This document shows, in pieces, positions 1-12,923 of a stretch of DNA of 64,000 bases. Made by a program: the position numbers and the translations under genes. Every line of letters starts with the position of its first letter. Position 1 is the first letter of the stretch. The DNA is from Amoebidium appalachense (taxonomy: Eukaryota > Protista > Ichthyosporea): the NCBI GenBank assembly GCA_963693365.1, contig CAVNZM010000003.1, forward strand, positions 14,739,143-14,803,142, read 5' to 3'. Under the pieces are notes generated by a model. That model was not told where the DNA came from. It saw only the letters and a list, made by a program, of their open reading frames with translations, and searched no databases.

Positions 1-273
1 AGGGAAGGGGGGAGGGAGGGAGGGAGGAAAGGAGGGAGGAAGGGAGGATCGGGGGCAGGGAAGAGAGGGAGGCGAGGATAAGTGTGATCGAGTGTGTGTG
101 CCCGTGTGTGTGTGGGTGAGTGGGTGGGTGGGTGGGGGGGGGGGGGGGGGGGGGGGGGGGTTAGGGAGAGGGGGGAGAGAGAGGAGGAGGATATGCATGT
201 GTCCGTGTCGTGTCCGTGTAAGTGTGTGTGTGTGGGCGAGTGTGAGTGGAGGTTAGAATGTTTGATTTAGTTG

Positions 274-297
274 TCAAGGGTAACCATTGGTGTTGGG

Positions 298-340
<43 letters not shown>

Positions 341-882
341 TGTGTGTGTGGTGTGTGTGCGTGTGTGCACGCGCGCCTGTGTGTAAAAAACACGTGCGTG
401 CGTGTGTGCTTGCATGCATGTGTGCGTCTGTGTGCGTCTGTGTGTGTGCGTGTGTGTGTTGGGCGGGGTGACGTAGGCATAAATTATTATATAGGTGGTT
501 GATAAACTTGGGACTCAAGGCACAAAGCAATGCTAATCAAGTACACCAACGAGAAACTAACCAAAACAAAAAAAAGGGGGGGGGGGGGGGGGGGGGGGGG
601 AAGGGAAAGTAATACTCAAGGTTGAATGAAGCAAAAACGGGTTTGTGGTCACTTGTGGTGAATTCCTCCATGCTGTCATATGCCAACTGCTTGACTCGGT
701 GGGCTACACCAGGGAGGGAGTGCCACACAACACGGTCACAGTAGGCTGGGATGCGCTGTGATTGTATCGAGGTAAGTGTGGTTATCGAGTTATGTGTGTT
801 GTGTGGTTGTGATTATGGTATTTGGTTTTGTCGGTTGAATTGGTTTGTTGCTGTCGCCAAATACATTGTTGTTGTGGTCATA

Positions 883-949
<67 letters not shown>

Positions 950-1067
950 ACGGGGGTGCATGCTGGTGAGTAGTGCATAGTGGATCCGTGTATGTGGGCA
1001 TACCTTCAAACTGTGATGATTGCTGTGAGAGCGTGCGCGCGCGCATGTGTGGTGGTGGTGGTGGTGT

Positions 1068-1103
<36 letters not shown>

Positions 1104-2466
1104 AAGGGGGGGATACATTTTATTTTTCTCGTCCTTCCTTTCCAATTATGATCTTTTCTTTTTCCTCCTTCACCCTCCCGTCCACTCTTCTCGTCTCTTG
1201 GCCTTCTCTCTTCCTCTCTTTTTCTTTCTATCTTTTTTTTTCCTTTTTTTTTCTTCTTTTTTTTGGGGGGGGGCGGAAGGGGGGGGGGGGGGGGGGGGGG
1301 GGGTTTCGGTCGTGTGTGATAAAACCTGCGGGGGTAAACAATAGGTTGATGCGCTGGCGGAGTGTCTATGTGTTGACAGCACCGAGCAGAAGGCGCCCCA
1401 GGGTGGGGTGCGGGGGGGGGGGGGGGGGGGGGGGGGGGGTACCTTCTGTTGATAGACCAACTTCTCTCCAACTGTAACCTGCGTGCAAAATGGAATGAGG
1501 AGCCAGTCAGGACGGAAGGAGAGGGGGAAGGGCCGGGGGGAAGGAGGGGGGGGGGGGGGGGGGATTGTCAATACACCAACGAGCAGTGTGTGTTGCATAG
1601 TGGTGTGAAGACAGTGCACGGTGCCATGGCGATATGCCAAGAGTGCCTGGTAACATGCAAATAGTACATGATGATATGGAGGAGATATGGATATAGCCCC
1701 AGGCTTCATGCAAACAGTACATACACTACTCAAACAGTCTGGTGTATCTCTTGCCATGCAACCACAGGTCCCCCCCCCCCCCCCAAAAAAAAAAAAAAAG
1801 AACGAGAGAGAAAGAAAGAAAGAAAGAAAAGAGACAAGTGCACCTTGAATGTAGGCCTGAACTTGATCTCGCCCTCAGTAAACCCACTAAAGACCCTTCC
1901 AGCCGCCATCTCCTGTTGCAGTTCGTCGCACTTTAACATTGCTGCTAGCTCCCTGAAAAAACGGAGAGTAAGCTTAGAGAAACAACTGCCTCTTCCACTT
2001 TAATAGCTTGGTGGGGAGCACCCAAGATACACATGAAAACGTGTCTCTGGTCAACCGGCACTTTAATATCGTTGACAGTCCCCTGAACAACGGACATTAA
2101 GCTTAAAGAAACCACTGCCTCTCCCACTTTAGTAGCTAGGCTGCGAGCAGCCAAGATACACATGAAAACGTGTCTCTGGTCAATCAGCACCTTAACATTG
2201 CTGCTAGCCCCCCCCCAAAAAACGTCATCAGTTGTGGAGCCTCATGGTCACACAACCACATGTGGCATGAAAATAGATGGCCAATCTTGATAATATACCA
2301 ATGCCAATGCTCAGTGAAAAATACACACCTACACACGTGCGGGCCCGCTCATGCGCACAGCACCCCCACGTGCACCTTATAAGCATCAACACATGCATAC
2401 GCAAACACACATATACAAGCGTCTGCACACACACAAACAGACACAGCCACACACACACAGACGCCG

Positions 2467-2505
<39 letters not shown>

Positions 2506-3021
2506 CGCGCGCGCGCGCACACGCACACACGCACACGCACACACGCACACGCACACGCACACGCACACGCACGCACCCACCCATTGACTCACCCACCCAA
2601 CCAGCCACCCACCCAACAAACCAATCATCCACCCATCCACACACACGCGCGCGCCCGCGCGCTAATCCACGTGATTGTTTTCGAAAACTGAACAGTTAAA
2701 CTTACCCCTTGTGTGCCCAGTCATTGACCATAACCCACTTCCTCTCCTGGTGCTCCTTCGTGACGTCATCCAGTGGATTGCCCTCCAAATCCGTGGGGGG
2801 GTCGATTCGGTAGTTAAGGTCTCCCATCCTATCAAAGAGGGGTGATAATTTTTTTTAAAATGTCACATATATTGAGCAAGTAGTTGTGTGGCTAGTCACA
2901 TGAAAGTATAAAAGCATAAATATGGTTCAAAGCTACCGTTAAAGATTTCTTTTGGCCGAAAAGAGATCATATCCTTGCGCATATAGTAGCACTGAACCTC
3001 TATATAAAAATGTATATAAAA

Positions 3022-3098
<77 letters not shown>

Positions 3099-3294
3099 CG
3101 CGTGCATACATGCACGGGGTATGTGTTCTCGTTCGTATGTGTTTGTGCGTGTGTGCGTGTGTGCGTGCAAGCACACACGTGTCTCTGCATGTTTGTATGT
3201 TCGTGTGGTTGTGCATGTGCCTCGTACGTGCCTGAGGGAAGGGGGAAGGGGGGGGGGGGGGGGGGGGTAAGAGGGGGTACAGGGGGGAGAGGAA

Positions 3295-3332
<38 letters not shown>

Positions 3333-3433
3333 GGGAGGGATACCAGAAGCAGTGATCGGCACGGAAAGGAAAATCGAGATCCTTGGGTTCGATTGTAGTC
3401 TCCTTCATAATCTCCCACACATCATGATTTCGT

Positions 3434-3482
<49 letters not shown>

Positions 3483-3784
3483 AGGTGTGTTTGTGGGGGG
3501 AGCACGGGGGGGGGGGGGGGGGGGGGGGGGATGAAAATAAATAAATGGGAGGAACGGAGGAGCCGAAGGACAGGGGAGAAACGGGGGGGGGGGGGGGGGG
3601 GGGGTTTGAATGCGTCATAAAGTACGAAGTGCACAAGAACAGCGGTTAACACGATGCAGAATGCAAACCATACATAAAGAGTATGCATGGGGGGGGGGGG
3701 GGGGGGGGGGGGTTAGAGTGTGCTCACGACCTCAGAATACGGACAGCACATTTACGGCGGACACAGAAATGCAGATATCTACCG

Positions 3785-3821
<37 letters not shown>

Positions 3822-3941
3822 ACTCATAAAGACAATGTATTATAAATAGAGCCCATTCTCATCGCCAAGGGGACGGGAGGGAGAGAGGGAGAGGAGGAGA
3901 AGGGGGAGGATCAGCCCAGGTGAGGAGGGGAAGCAGCGGCG

Positions 3942-3985
<44 letters not shown>

Positions 3986-3986
3986 G

Positions 3987-4033
<47 letters not shown>

Positions 4034-4477
4034 GGGGGGGAGAGAAAGGGGGGGACTTACCAACAGATACTTTTCACCCTCATGGGCGGCCAGATGTGCA
4101 CTGACAAACATCAGAGAGGTGTCTGCTATCTCAAAACGCACCGTGCACCTGCACCAATCAGAGTACACGGTTATAACTTGAAAACTAAAAAAAAAAGTGT
4201 TTCCGCTTTAAAGCAGTTTGGTACCTACACTAAAATCAGCCCTCCCCCCTACCATCCCCCCGCCCCCCTTGTGCATAACCTCCCCATGAGAGCACTCAGT
4301 TACAGCGTCAAAGTTACGATCGGGAGTTACAATCGGAATCACCATAGGTGGGCATCTTACATTATCCCCCTCCTCCCCCCCCCCCCCCCCCCCCCCCCCC
4401 CCAAAGCCCACCTATACACCTCCTTCTCGATCTCTCTTACAAAAGCAACCATACATATTCCCACTTCGTGCATCCCC

Positions 4478-4510
<33 letters not shown>

Positions 4511-4966
4511 CATTCTTACTTCCTCTCCCCTCTCACCAAACACACACACACATACACGCACAAACACACTCACACACACACTCCGCCACCACCACCACCA
4601 CCAACAACATTAACAACAGCAGCAGCATCAACAAAAAGGACAAGAAAAGAATCAAAAACGGAGGAGGAATGTGTTATAGAGTAAAGCTGGGGAGGGGAGG
4701 GAGGGGGGGAGGGGGGGGCGGACGGATGGAGGGAGAAGAGGGGGGAAGAAAAGAAAACGTACCCTCCCTTGTTATAACCGACATTTGCTATGCCCGTTCC
4801 CTCCGTTTCTGTTGCCACATTTGAAGGCGGATACTTCTCAAGAACAGACTTGGCACCAAAAACACCAAGTCCAATCTCGGCACCAACACTACCAAGGTGC
4901 ACGGTGGCTGTGTGTGTGTGTGTGTGTGTGCGTGGGGTAAGGGGGGGGGGGGGGGGGGGGGGGGGT

Positions 4967-4999
<33 letters not shown>

Positions 5000-5006
5000 T
5001 TACGTA

Positions 5007-5039
<33 letters not shown>

Positions 5040-5083
5040 TAGGGAAGGGTGGAGGGGGAGAGTTGTGTGCATGAGTGAGCATT

Positions 5084-5151
<68 letters not shown>

Positions 5152-7325
5152 TGAGTGAGTGTGTGTGTGTGTGTAGGCGCGCGGGTTTGCTCCTCTATAT
5201 GCATGAAATCCTGTGCCTAAGCATGTATGCAGGATTGGCAGTCATCGAGCGAGTGTGTGGGTGCGTGCCTGTAGGTGGTAGTTGTGGTGGCGACGAGTGC
5301 ACTGGTGGGGTAATATTGAAGGTGTGAGCATCTTGAACTCACAGAGCACAACGAAGAAAACCAACATTTTCCCTGAGAAGTGGGGGGAAGGTGGGGAGAG
5401 ATGGAGGGAAGGTGGTGTGGGGGGGAGGGGTGGGGGGGGGGTTTGAATGCGTCAATAAATACGAAGTACACAAGAACAAACGGATAACACGATGCAGAAT
5501 GCAAGCCATACATAAAGAGTATGCATAATAAGCAGAGCCCATCCTCAGGGGGGGCCCACGTCATCCACAGTACCCGAGTTTCGGCCTATTCCCCTCGTTA
5601 ACGAAACCCAACTCAGATACTGTTTCACTTGAACATGAGTAGGTCACCCGTCTTGATCAGAGACGAGCAGGGTTGCTTATGCAGGCAAGGGCAGTGGGAA
5701 AGGCCGGGGGTTAAAGTTGCAGCAGTAAGCAGAAGCAAGAAAAAAATAGATAGGAACTCAGGAGACGGGGCTTCTAGGAAGCTCCCCCGTCGATACCTAA
5801 GTCGATACTTCCCTGGCTAACATACTACGCCAGCTGAAAAGAATTAAGTCCCGAAGGGCAGGAGGGGGGGGGGGGGGGGGGATTCTCACCAATGGGGACG
5901 AAGTTGTGGGGTGTAAGCACATTCTTGACACTTTCCATAAATGGATAGCGGTAGGCATCGGTGATCGACGCAGAGTCCCTATCCCTGCATGGGTTGAACC
6001 TGAAGGTTAGGCCGTAGTTCTTTAACAGCTCAATACCTTAAAGGTCCTTGTCTAAACTTCTCGGCATCATGGGCGTAAAAATATGACATCGATATTACGT
6101 CATATTGACCTAGGTGCGAAGCTTATCCTTTCCTTATGGGTTTGCGAAGCTTATCCTTTCCTTATGGGTTTGTCTTACAATTAATCGATGTCATATTTTT
6201 ACGCCCGTCACCATGTGATCAGCGTTCAACAGGCTATATCCGGGGTATCATGGCCAGTTTTGCCATATATACTCAATTTGACCGTCACCATGTGATCAGC
6301 GTTCAACAGGCTATATCCGGGGTATCATGGCCAGTTTTGCCTATATATGGCAATGAACTTCCGTGGGGCATTTGCAATAATAGGTGCGGGAAAATGAAAT
6401 GACCACATAGTCGTTAAACTTCTACGATTGGATGATATTGTACCCTACCATTTGTCGAATCTCAGCCACATACCACATGTAAAAAACTCCCACCCATGTG
6501 CCTTATCCCTGATTTTCGACCAATAAAAAATGTTTCGTAAAGGTCGTATAACCAGGAGCCGGTTCAGAACCAAGATATTGGCAATATATGAAGGCTTATA
6601 ACTTTGTACACCTAGCCGAAAAATGATAACGTCTGCCAATATTTCTACGTTCGTTCCCAGAGATGGCAGTTATAATTGGACATATTACCGCAAAAATTGC
6701 AGCACGCACTATGAAAATTCAACTCACAATCGAGATTCTGATTAATCGTACTAAATAATTAAATGCTCTTTTCATATTTTCTCTTTCCTAATATTAAATA
6801 TTTAAATTCTATTCCTATAATAATATTGAATAATTAAATTATATTTCTAAAGTTGAAGGATTTAATTACATTTCAAATGTAATATTAACATTTCAACTCA
6901 CAATCGAGATTCTTTAGTAGATACGCAACATCGAGTCTGCACACACGCTGAATGCAACACAAGTGCACATCGCTATGAAGGCTGCCAGGGAAGAGGGAAG
7001 AAGGGCGGGGCGACGCATGGTGTGGGAGGTGGGGGTTAAGAGGGGGGGGGGAGGGGGGAGGGGGGGGCGGAGGGGGGAAGCATACCCTTTCCCGAGAAGC
7101 TTCTCCTTCATCTGTGACCAAAAAACAGATCAGACACGTGTAATTGGCTATCTAGGTGGTTACCATAAATAAGAACCAATAGCAAAATAAAGCATGGCAG
7201 GAAGGAGTGGGGGTGTTGCAATTGTAACAGAATAAAGTACAAACACACATTGGATAATGTACTGTTAGTATGCATCCAGAGTACACAGGGTGTGCCCAAC
7301 AACCGGAGAGGGAGGGAGGGAAGGA

Positions 7326-7362
<37 letters not shown>

Positions 7363-7437
7363 CTGTATTGGTGCAGGGTCTCAATGCTACAGCTTTCACA
7401 AATGTAGTCGTTTGTGTTGTGTATGTGTGTGTGTGTG

Positions 7438-7470
<33 letters not shown>

Positions 7471-9524
7471 TATATTAAAAACAATTTTTCCACCCCAAGG
7501 GTTTTCCGCGGGGCGGGGGGGGGGGGGGGGGGGGAGGGGGGGGATATTTCATACTCCAGTGAGCAGCACATTTCTCTTCGAGACGTTGTACTGGGCCTCC
7601 TGGCAGGCCACGGCTATAATATCATGCGACCCTGGTGCCAGCCAGCCTAACAAAAACACGCCATTGGTTAGCAATCACATTAAAATGCTATACTGAGCCT
7701 CCTGGCAGGCCACGGCATTAATATCATGCGACCCTGGTGCCAGCCAGCCTAACAAAAACACGCCATTGGTTAGCCATCACATTGAAATAGTGCACGAGGA
7801 TGGAAGCAAACTTAGCTAATTCATTATGAACGGTTCCTTTGGTAAGGTAAATCACCGCATAATACTATTAGCAACATTCGAAAATGTCCAGCGTAACAAA
7901 AATGCCCCATGGGTCAGAAAAAGGGAAGTGGTTACTAGTTGAATAATATACACGTCCCTAATGACAAGTTTCAACGCAATTCATTCATCTACGGTGGGGA
8001 GGGGGGGGGGGGGGGGGGGGGGGGGGCTAAAACCAAGCATCGAATTGGCTCATTTCTTACACTATAGTTGAGGGCTAACTCGATCTACACGTACCGATTA
8101 GACGATTTCGAATGGTAATCAACACGTGATTAATGGCTAGCATATTTTTTCGAAAATTAACACTAACGACTGGAAAAAGATCACTTGCTGCAACCCCTTC
8201 TTCCTAATCTTTTATTCCCCCTGCCACTCCCACCCCACCCACCATCCAAAAAGGAAAACAAGGGGTGGAAAAAAGAGAAGAAAACGACCACATCGAGTTC
8301 CACATGCCAATCCCCCCCCTCACCTTTCCTCCCCCCCCCCCCCCCCCCCCCTCCCCCCCCCCCCCCCCCCAAAAAAAAAGGGGGAGGGGGAAAAAAAACC
8401 ACAAACAGAAGAACATCCCTGTGATCCGGTAAATCTTAATATCCCCCCCCCCCCCCCCCCCCCCCCCCTCCCACCCCCTCCAAACAAAGAAACTTTAACC
8501 AAAACGTTCAGCACAAACACATTCAAACCTAATCTAATGCACATGGGCGGGCCTAAATCTCTCACATCTGTCAAAGCAGCACCCCAACCCCCTTTGCGGC
8601 ATACAGTCCTGGCTTGCCACAGGGCCCCCCCCCCTCCCCCCGCACCACCACCACCACCAAAGGGGAGAGCTCCTCTCAACTCACTTGCCACTTCTATATC
8701 AGTACCCCCCTCCCCCCCCCCCCCTCCCTCCCCCCCCCACCTCCCCCCCCCCCCCCAAAAAAAAAAAAAGAAAAAAAAAGCCGTCCTTCCCCCCCCCCCC
8801 CCCCTCCCCCCCCCCCCCCCCCCCCCGGTGTTCGTGGGGGGAAATAAACGGGAGTTGGTGGTGGTGATTCAGGGGTTGGAAGTCTGTTGGGGCGCGGGGG
8901 GAGGGAGAGGGGGGGGGGGGGGGGATACCTTCGAGGAGTTCTTGGGGTGGGGCAGCATTGCCAACATTCCAAGTGCAGGTGCGGATGCGGAGAGGTGGAA
9001 CCCTATGGAGAGGTTGGAGGATGCTAGGTCAATTTTCAAAAAAACTGAACTAACCGCCAAATCCGGCTGATACGCTTTCGAGTCTATAGAGCTAATCATC
9101 CTATAGTTCAGTGATACAAAGCTTAGAAGAAAAATGCGCACTTTGGAGGGGGGAGGGGAGGGGGGGGAGGGGGGGGGGGGGGGGGGGGGGTACGTACTGT
9201 GTGTCTGGCATGACTGAAGCTCGTCTTTGGTAAGGTGGGATGGTAGGGCCTGTCATGGGACCTGTCGTAGAGTGTGTTGTTGCATCTGGATGGGAAAGGA
9301 AGGGGCGCGTGGGGGAGGGGGGGGGGGGGGGGGGGGGGGAGGGGGGGGGAGAAAAAAACGTCTTGTACTTTGTGTTGTTGGAAGGCACATGGCTACAGTG
9401 CCAACGGGTAAAGGGATGTGTAAGTGATAGTGGGACGACAGTGCAAAAAAACGTTAAGGAAACAACTGCATAAGAGGCCGCCAAGCAACACGGGTGCGTG
9501 TGTGTGCGCGCACACGCGTGCGCG

Positions 9525-9582
<58 letters not shown>

Positions 9583-9885
9583 AACACAAGCATGCACAAG
9601 GACACACACACAGGCTCATACACACATTATACCTCCCCCCTCCTCCCCCCTCCCCCTCCAACACACGCACACACTCACACAAAACGTACCTTTGTATTTT
9701 TCGGTCGCCTTATCATAAATCTTCTCCTCCAGTTGGTAAACCTTTTCAGACATGCCATGCACCTGGGGCACGACCTTTGTTTCAGGTGGTGACCCCTTAT
9801 CCACCACTGTGGCTTGAGCAGGAGTTTCTACCGTTTTGAGAACCGGCGAGGCTTGAGCTGGCTGTGCCGTTGGCTGGGGCTCCAT
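274..9885 (-). CDS. Inositol polyphosphate 5-phosphatase (IPPc domain, SHIP/OCRL-type motifs), 14-exon model, about 414 aa
   Basis: Phase-consistent exons: 9885-9690, 9285-9198, 9002-8929, 7646-7555, 7111-7086, 5372-5343, 4888-4763, 4148-4061, 3435-3344, 2828-2706, 1952-1844, 1478-1443, 755-616, 298-274. Family motifs occur in order: [69 protein letters not shown]. All introns are GT-AG except the acceptor before 3435 (reads CG). Exons between 5.3 and 7.6 kb and the last exon are less certain. Confidence 0.93.
1928..2224. repeat. About 2.3 tandem copies of a 130-bp unit spanning the acceptor of exon 1952-1844
   Basis: Units start at 1928, 2058 and 2187 (GCAC(T/C)TTAA). CCAAGATACACATGAAAACGTGTCTCTGGTCAA occurs twice. 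Confidence 0.9.
3604..3688. repeat. Dispersed intronic repeat, copy 1 (partner at 5441-5526)
   Basis: GTTTGAATGCGTCA...TAACACGATGCAGAATGCAA(A/G)CCATACATAAAGAGTATGCAT is present in two different introns of the 5-phosphatase gene. Confidence 0.9.
5441..5526. repeat. Dispersed intronic repeat, copy 2 (partner at 3604-3688)
   Basis: Same approximately 85-bp sequence and orientation, abutting a poly-G run like copy 1. Confidence 0.9.
6069..6208. mobile_element. MITE-like inverted-repeat element within an intron
   Basis: Perfect 23-bp inverted repeat GGGCGTAAAAATATGACATCGAT (6071-6093) / ATCGATGTCATATTTTTACGCCC (6184-6206), with an internal tandem duplication of about 27 bp (6115-6171). No clear TSD. 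Confidence 0.6.
7589..7790. repeat. 102-bp tandem duplication of branch point, acceptor and exon start
   Basis: Units at 7589 and 7691. Both read GCTAAC-CAATGGCGTGTTTTTGTTAG|GCTGGCTGGCACCAGGG on the - strand. Confidence 0.92.
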
Positions 9886-11759
9886 GTTCTGTGTTCCGAA
9901 GGATTATCATCAAGATTTGGTGCGTTGGTGTAGGAGTTAAGAGTAGAGTGCATCCAGGAAGGATGTCATTGAGGAGCAGGGCGGTGCAAGGAGGTGGAGG
10001 GGGGGAAGAGTGGGGGGACGGGGGGAGGGGGGGGGGGGGGGGGGGGGTGAGAGCTCTGAGAATAGGCGAGGAAAGATCCTACCAGTGGGGAAAGATTCTA
10101 CCGCAGTATTGTCTCCCATCTATAGCAAGGTGGAAGTTCGTAGAAACTGTGAAAAGTGGTTTGTTTTCCAGATCTTGCGAGATGCTACTATTACAGCCGA
10201 CTCGGTTATGCGCCTGTCATTCTTATACACTTACAAAAGGGGTTTTGTAAGCCACCACAACTCAGTTGTGTCACAGTTTGTCACACAAACTAAACCCCTC
10301 TCCTGCCTTTGCCTGCAACGTTTTGGAAGGTCAAGTGTGTACAGAGTGGGCTGAGCCAAGGCGAAATTTGTTCAACTTTGTTGGCGTGGACTGGCTAATG
10401 ATTGGTCCATTTTTGCGCTTTGTTCAGGGGGGGGATTACGAAAAAAAATCGTCGTAATTACGATTAACGAAAGGCCCCGATACGAATAAGGTTAGGGTGC
10501 CGTCGTAACAGCTTTCGTATCAGATGTATAGCATTATAAACGCTTTAAGGCCCCCTAATATCTAACTGTGCCTAATTTTTTCAATATTTCTGTTCAAGAA
10601 CATATCTACAGCGCTTCTCATGAGCAATATCGAACCCCGACAACTGTCCAGGGCTTTTAATTTTGCGATACTTAATCTTTGAAAACGCGTAATTTGAGTT
10701 TTGTGACTGGAGGGGCGTTTTTAGCTGGGCTTGCAGATCCCCAAGAACCCCCCGGTTACGATTAAGAAACTGTCCGTTACGATTGGCCAAAGGACAATAA
10801 CGGTTAAGCTGGCCAACCCCAGCCCAACCCTGGCTTTGTTAAATTATGTTAGCCATGTATGGCAATTTATATGTCCGTCTTAATTCTTATTGGCTTTCTT
10901 TATATGCCTTTGGCTCAGCCTCCGGGACAAAAAGCAGGTGCGCTGCTGTCCTGACTCCTGACCGGATGAGGTGGACTGCAGGAAAGAAGTTTACGGAATC
11001 TGCCTGCTTCTACACTGAGAGGGTAAAGAGGGTTCTCCGAAGTTAAGAGTAAAGGCACCAAGTGAGCCTGTACTAAACATACAGTGAATGTGTGCTGCAA
11101 CCGGTGTGTGCTTGCATGCCATTCCTAAACCATCGCTAAAACATAAAAAGCCAACGCCACTCTGAGAAGCTAATATATAGCTCAGCCCACCATCTGCATA
11201 AGTGAAATGAGTGTACATGTACGTGTGGTTGGATGTATTGCGAGCACGCTTTTTGTGTGCGAGGCCGTGTGCACTGTCTGTGTGTGTGTGGTGGACCCTT
11301 GAAGCTTGTCGAGAGAGCGAGGGGGGGCTAAGTAGATAAACGAAATGGTACAACCCCAAGAGAAAGGAGTGCATGCCAGTGGAGACGCCTAGGAGTATGC
11401 AAAAGCCATATAAGTGTAGCACCAAGTAACCACCACCGACCGAGTCTTCAGGTGGTGTGTGAAGAGGGGGGGGGGGGGGGGGAACAACAGAGCCCACAGC
11501 CCTTATGCTTGAAAGTGACAGAACTTAGCAAGTCTTACTCGACACGAACAGTTTTATTTTCTTTCCGAACGCATACCAGCATACAAGTGGCAGCCAAAAG
11601 CTGCATAGGTCATGTTTCCAGAATACATGTACAATACTAGCTGACCACAAACGGCCTACTTCAGATATTGCACAGGGTTATAGTGTAAGCAGCAACACCT
11701 ATCATACTTGAGATTGCCCACAAAAGCCTCAACAAAAGGGACTGTGTTACAAAGGCAGC

Positions 11760-12923
<1,164 letters not shown>

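Noticed and set aside
3338-8928. GTATCC donors at 8928 and 3343 as U12-type introns
   Set aside because: They continue CCC/CTC rather than TT, no TCCTTAAC branch site was seen, and the match is explained by the poly-C tract.
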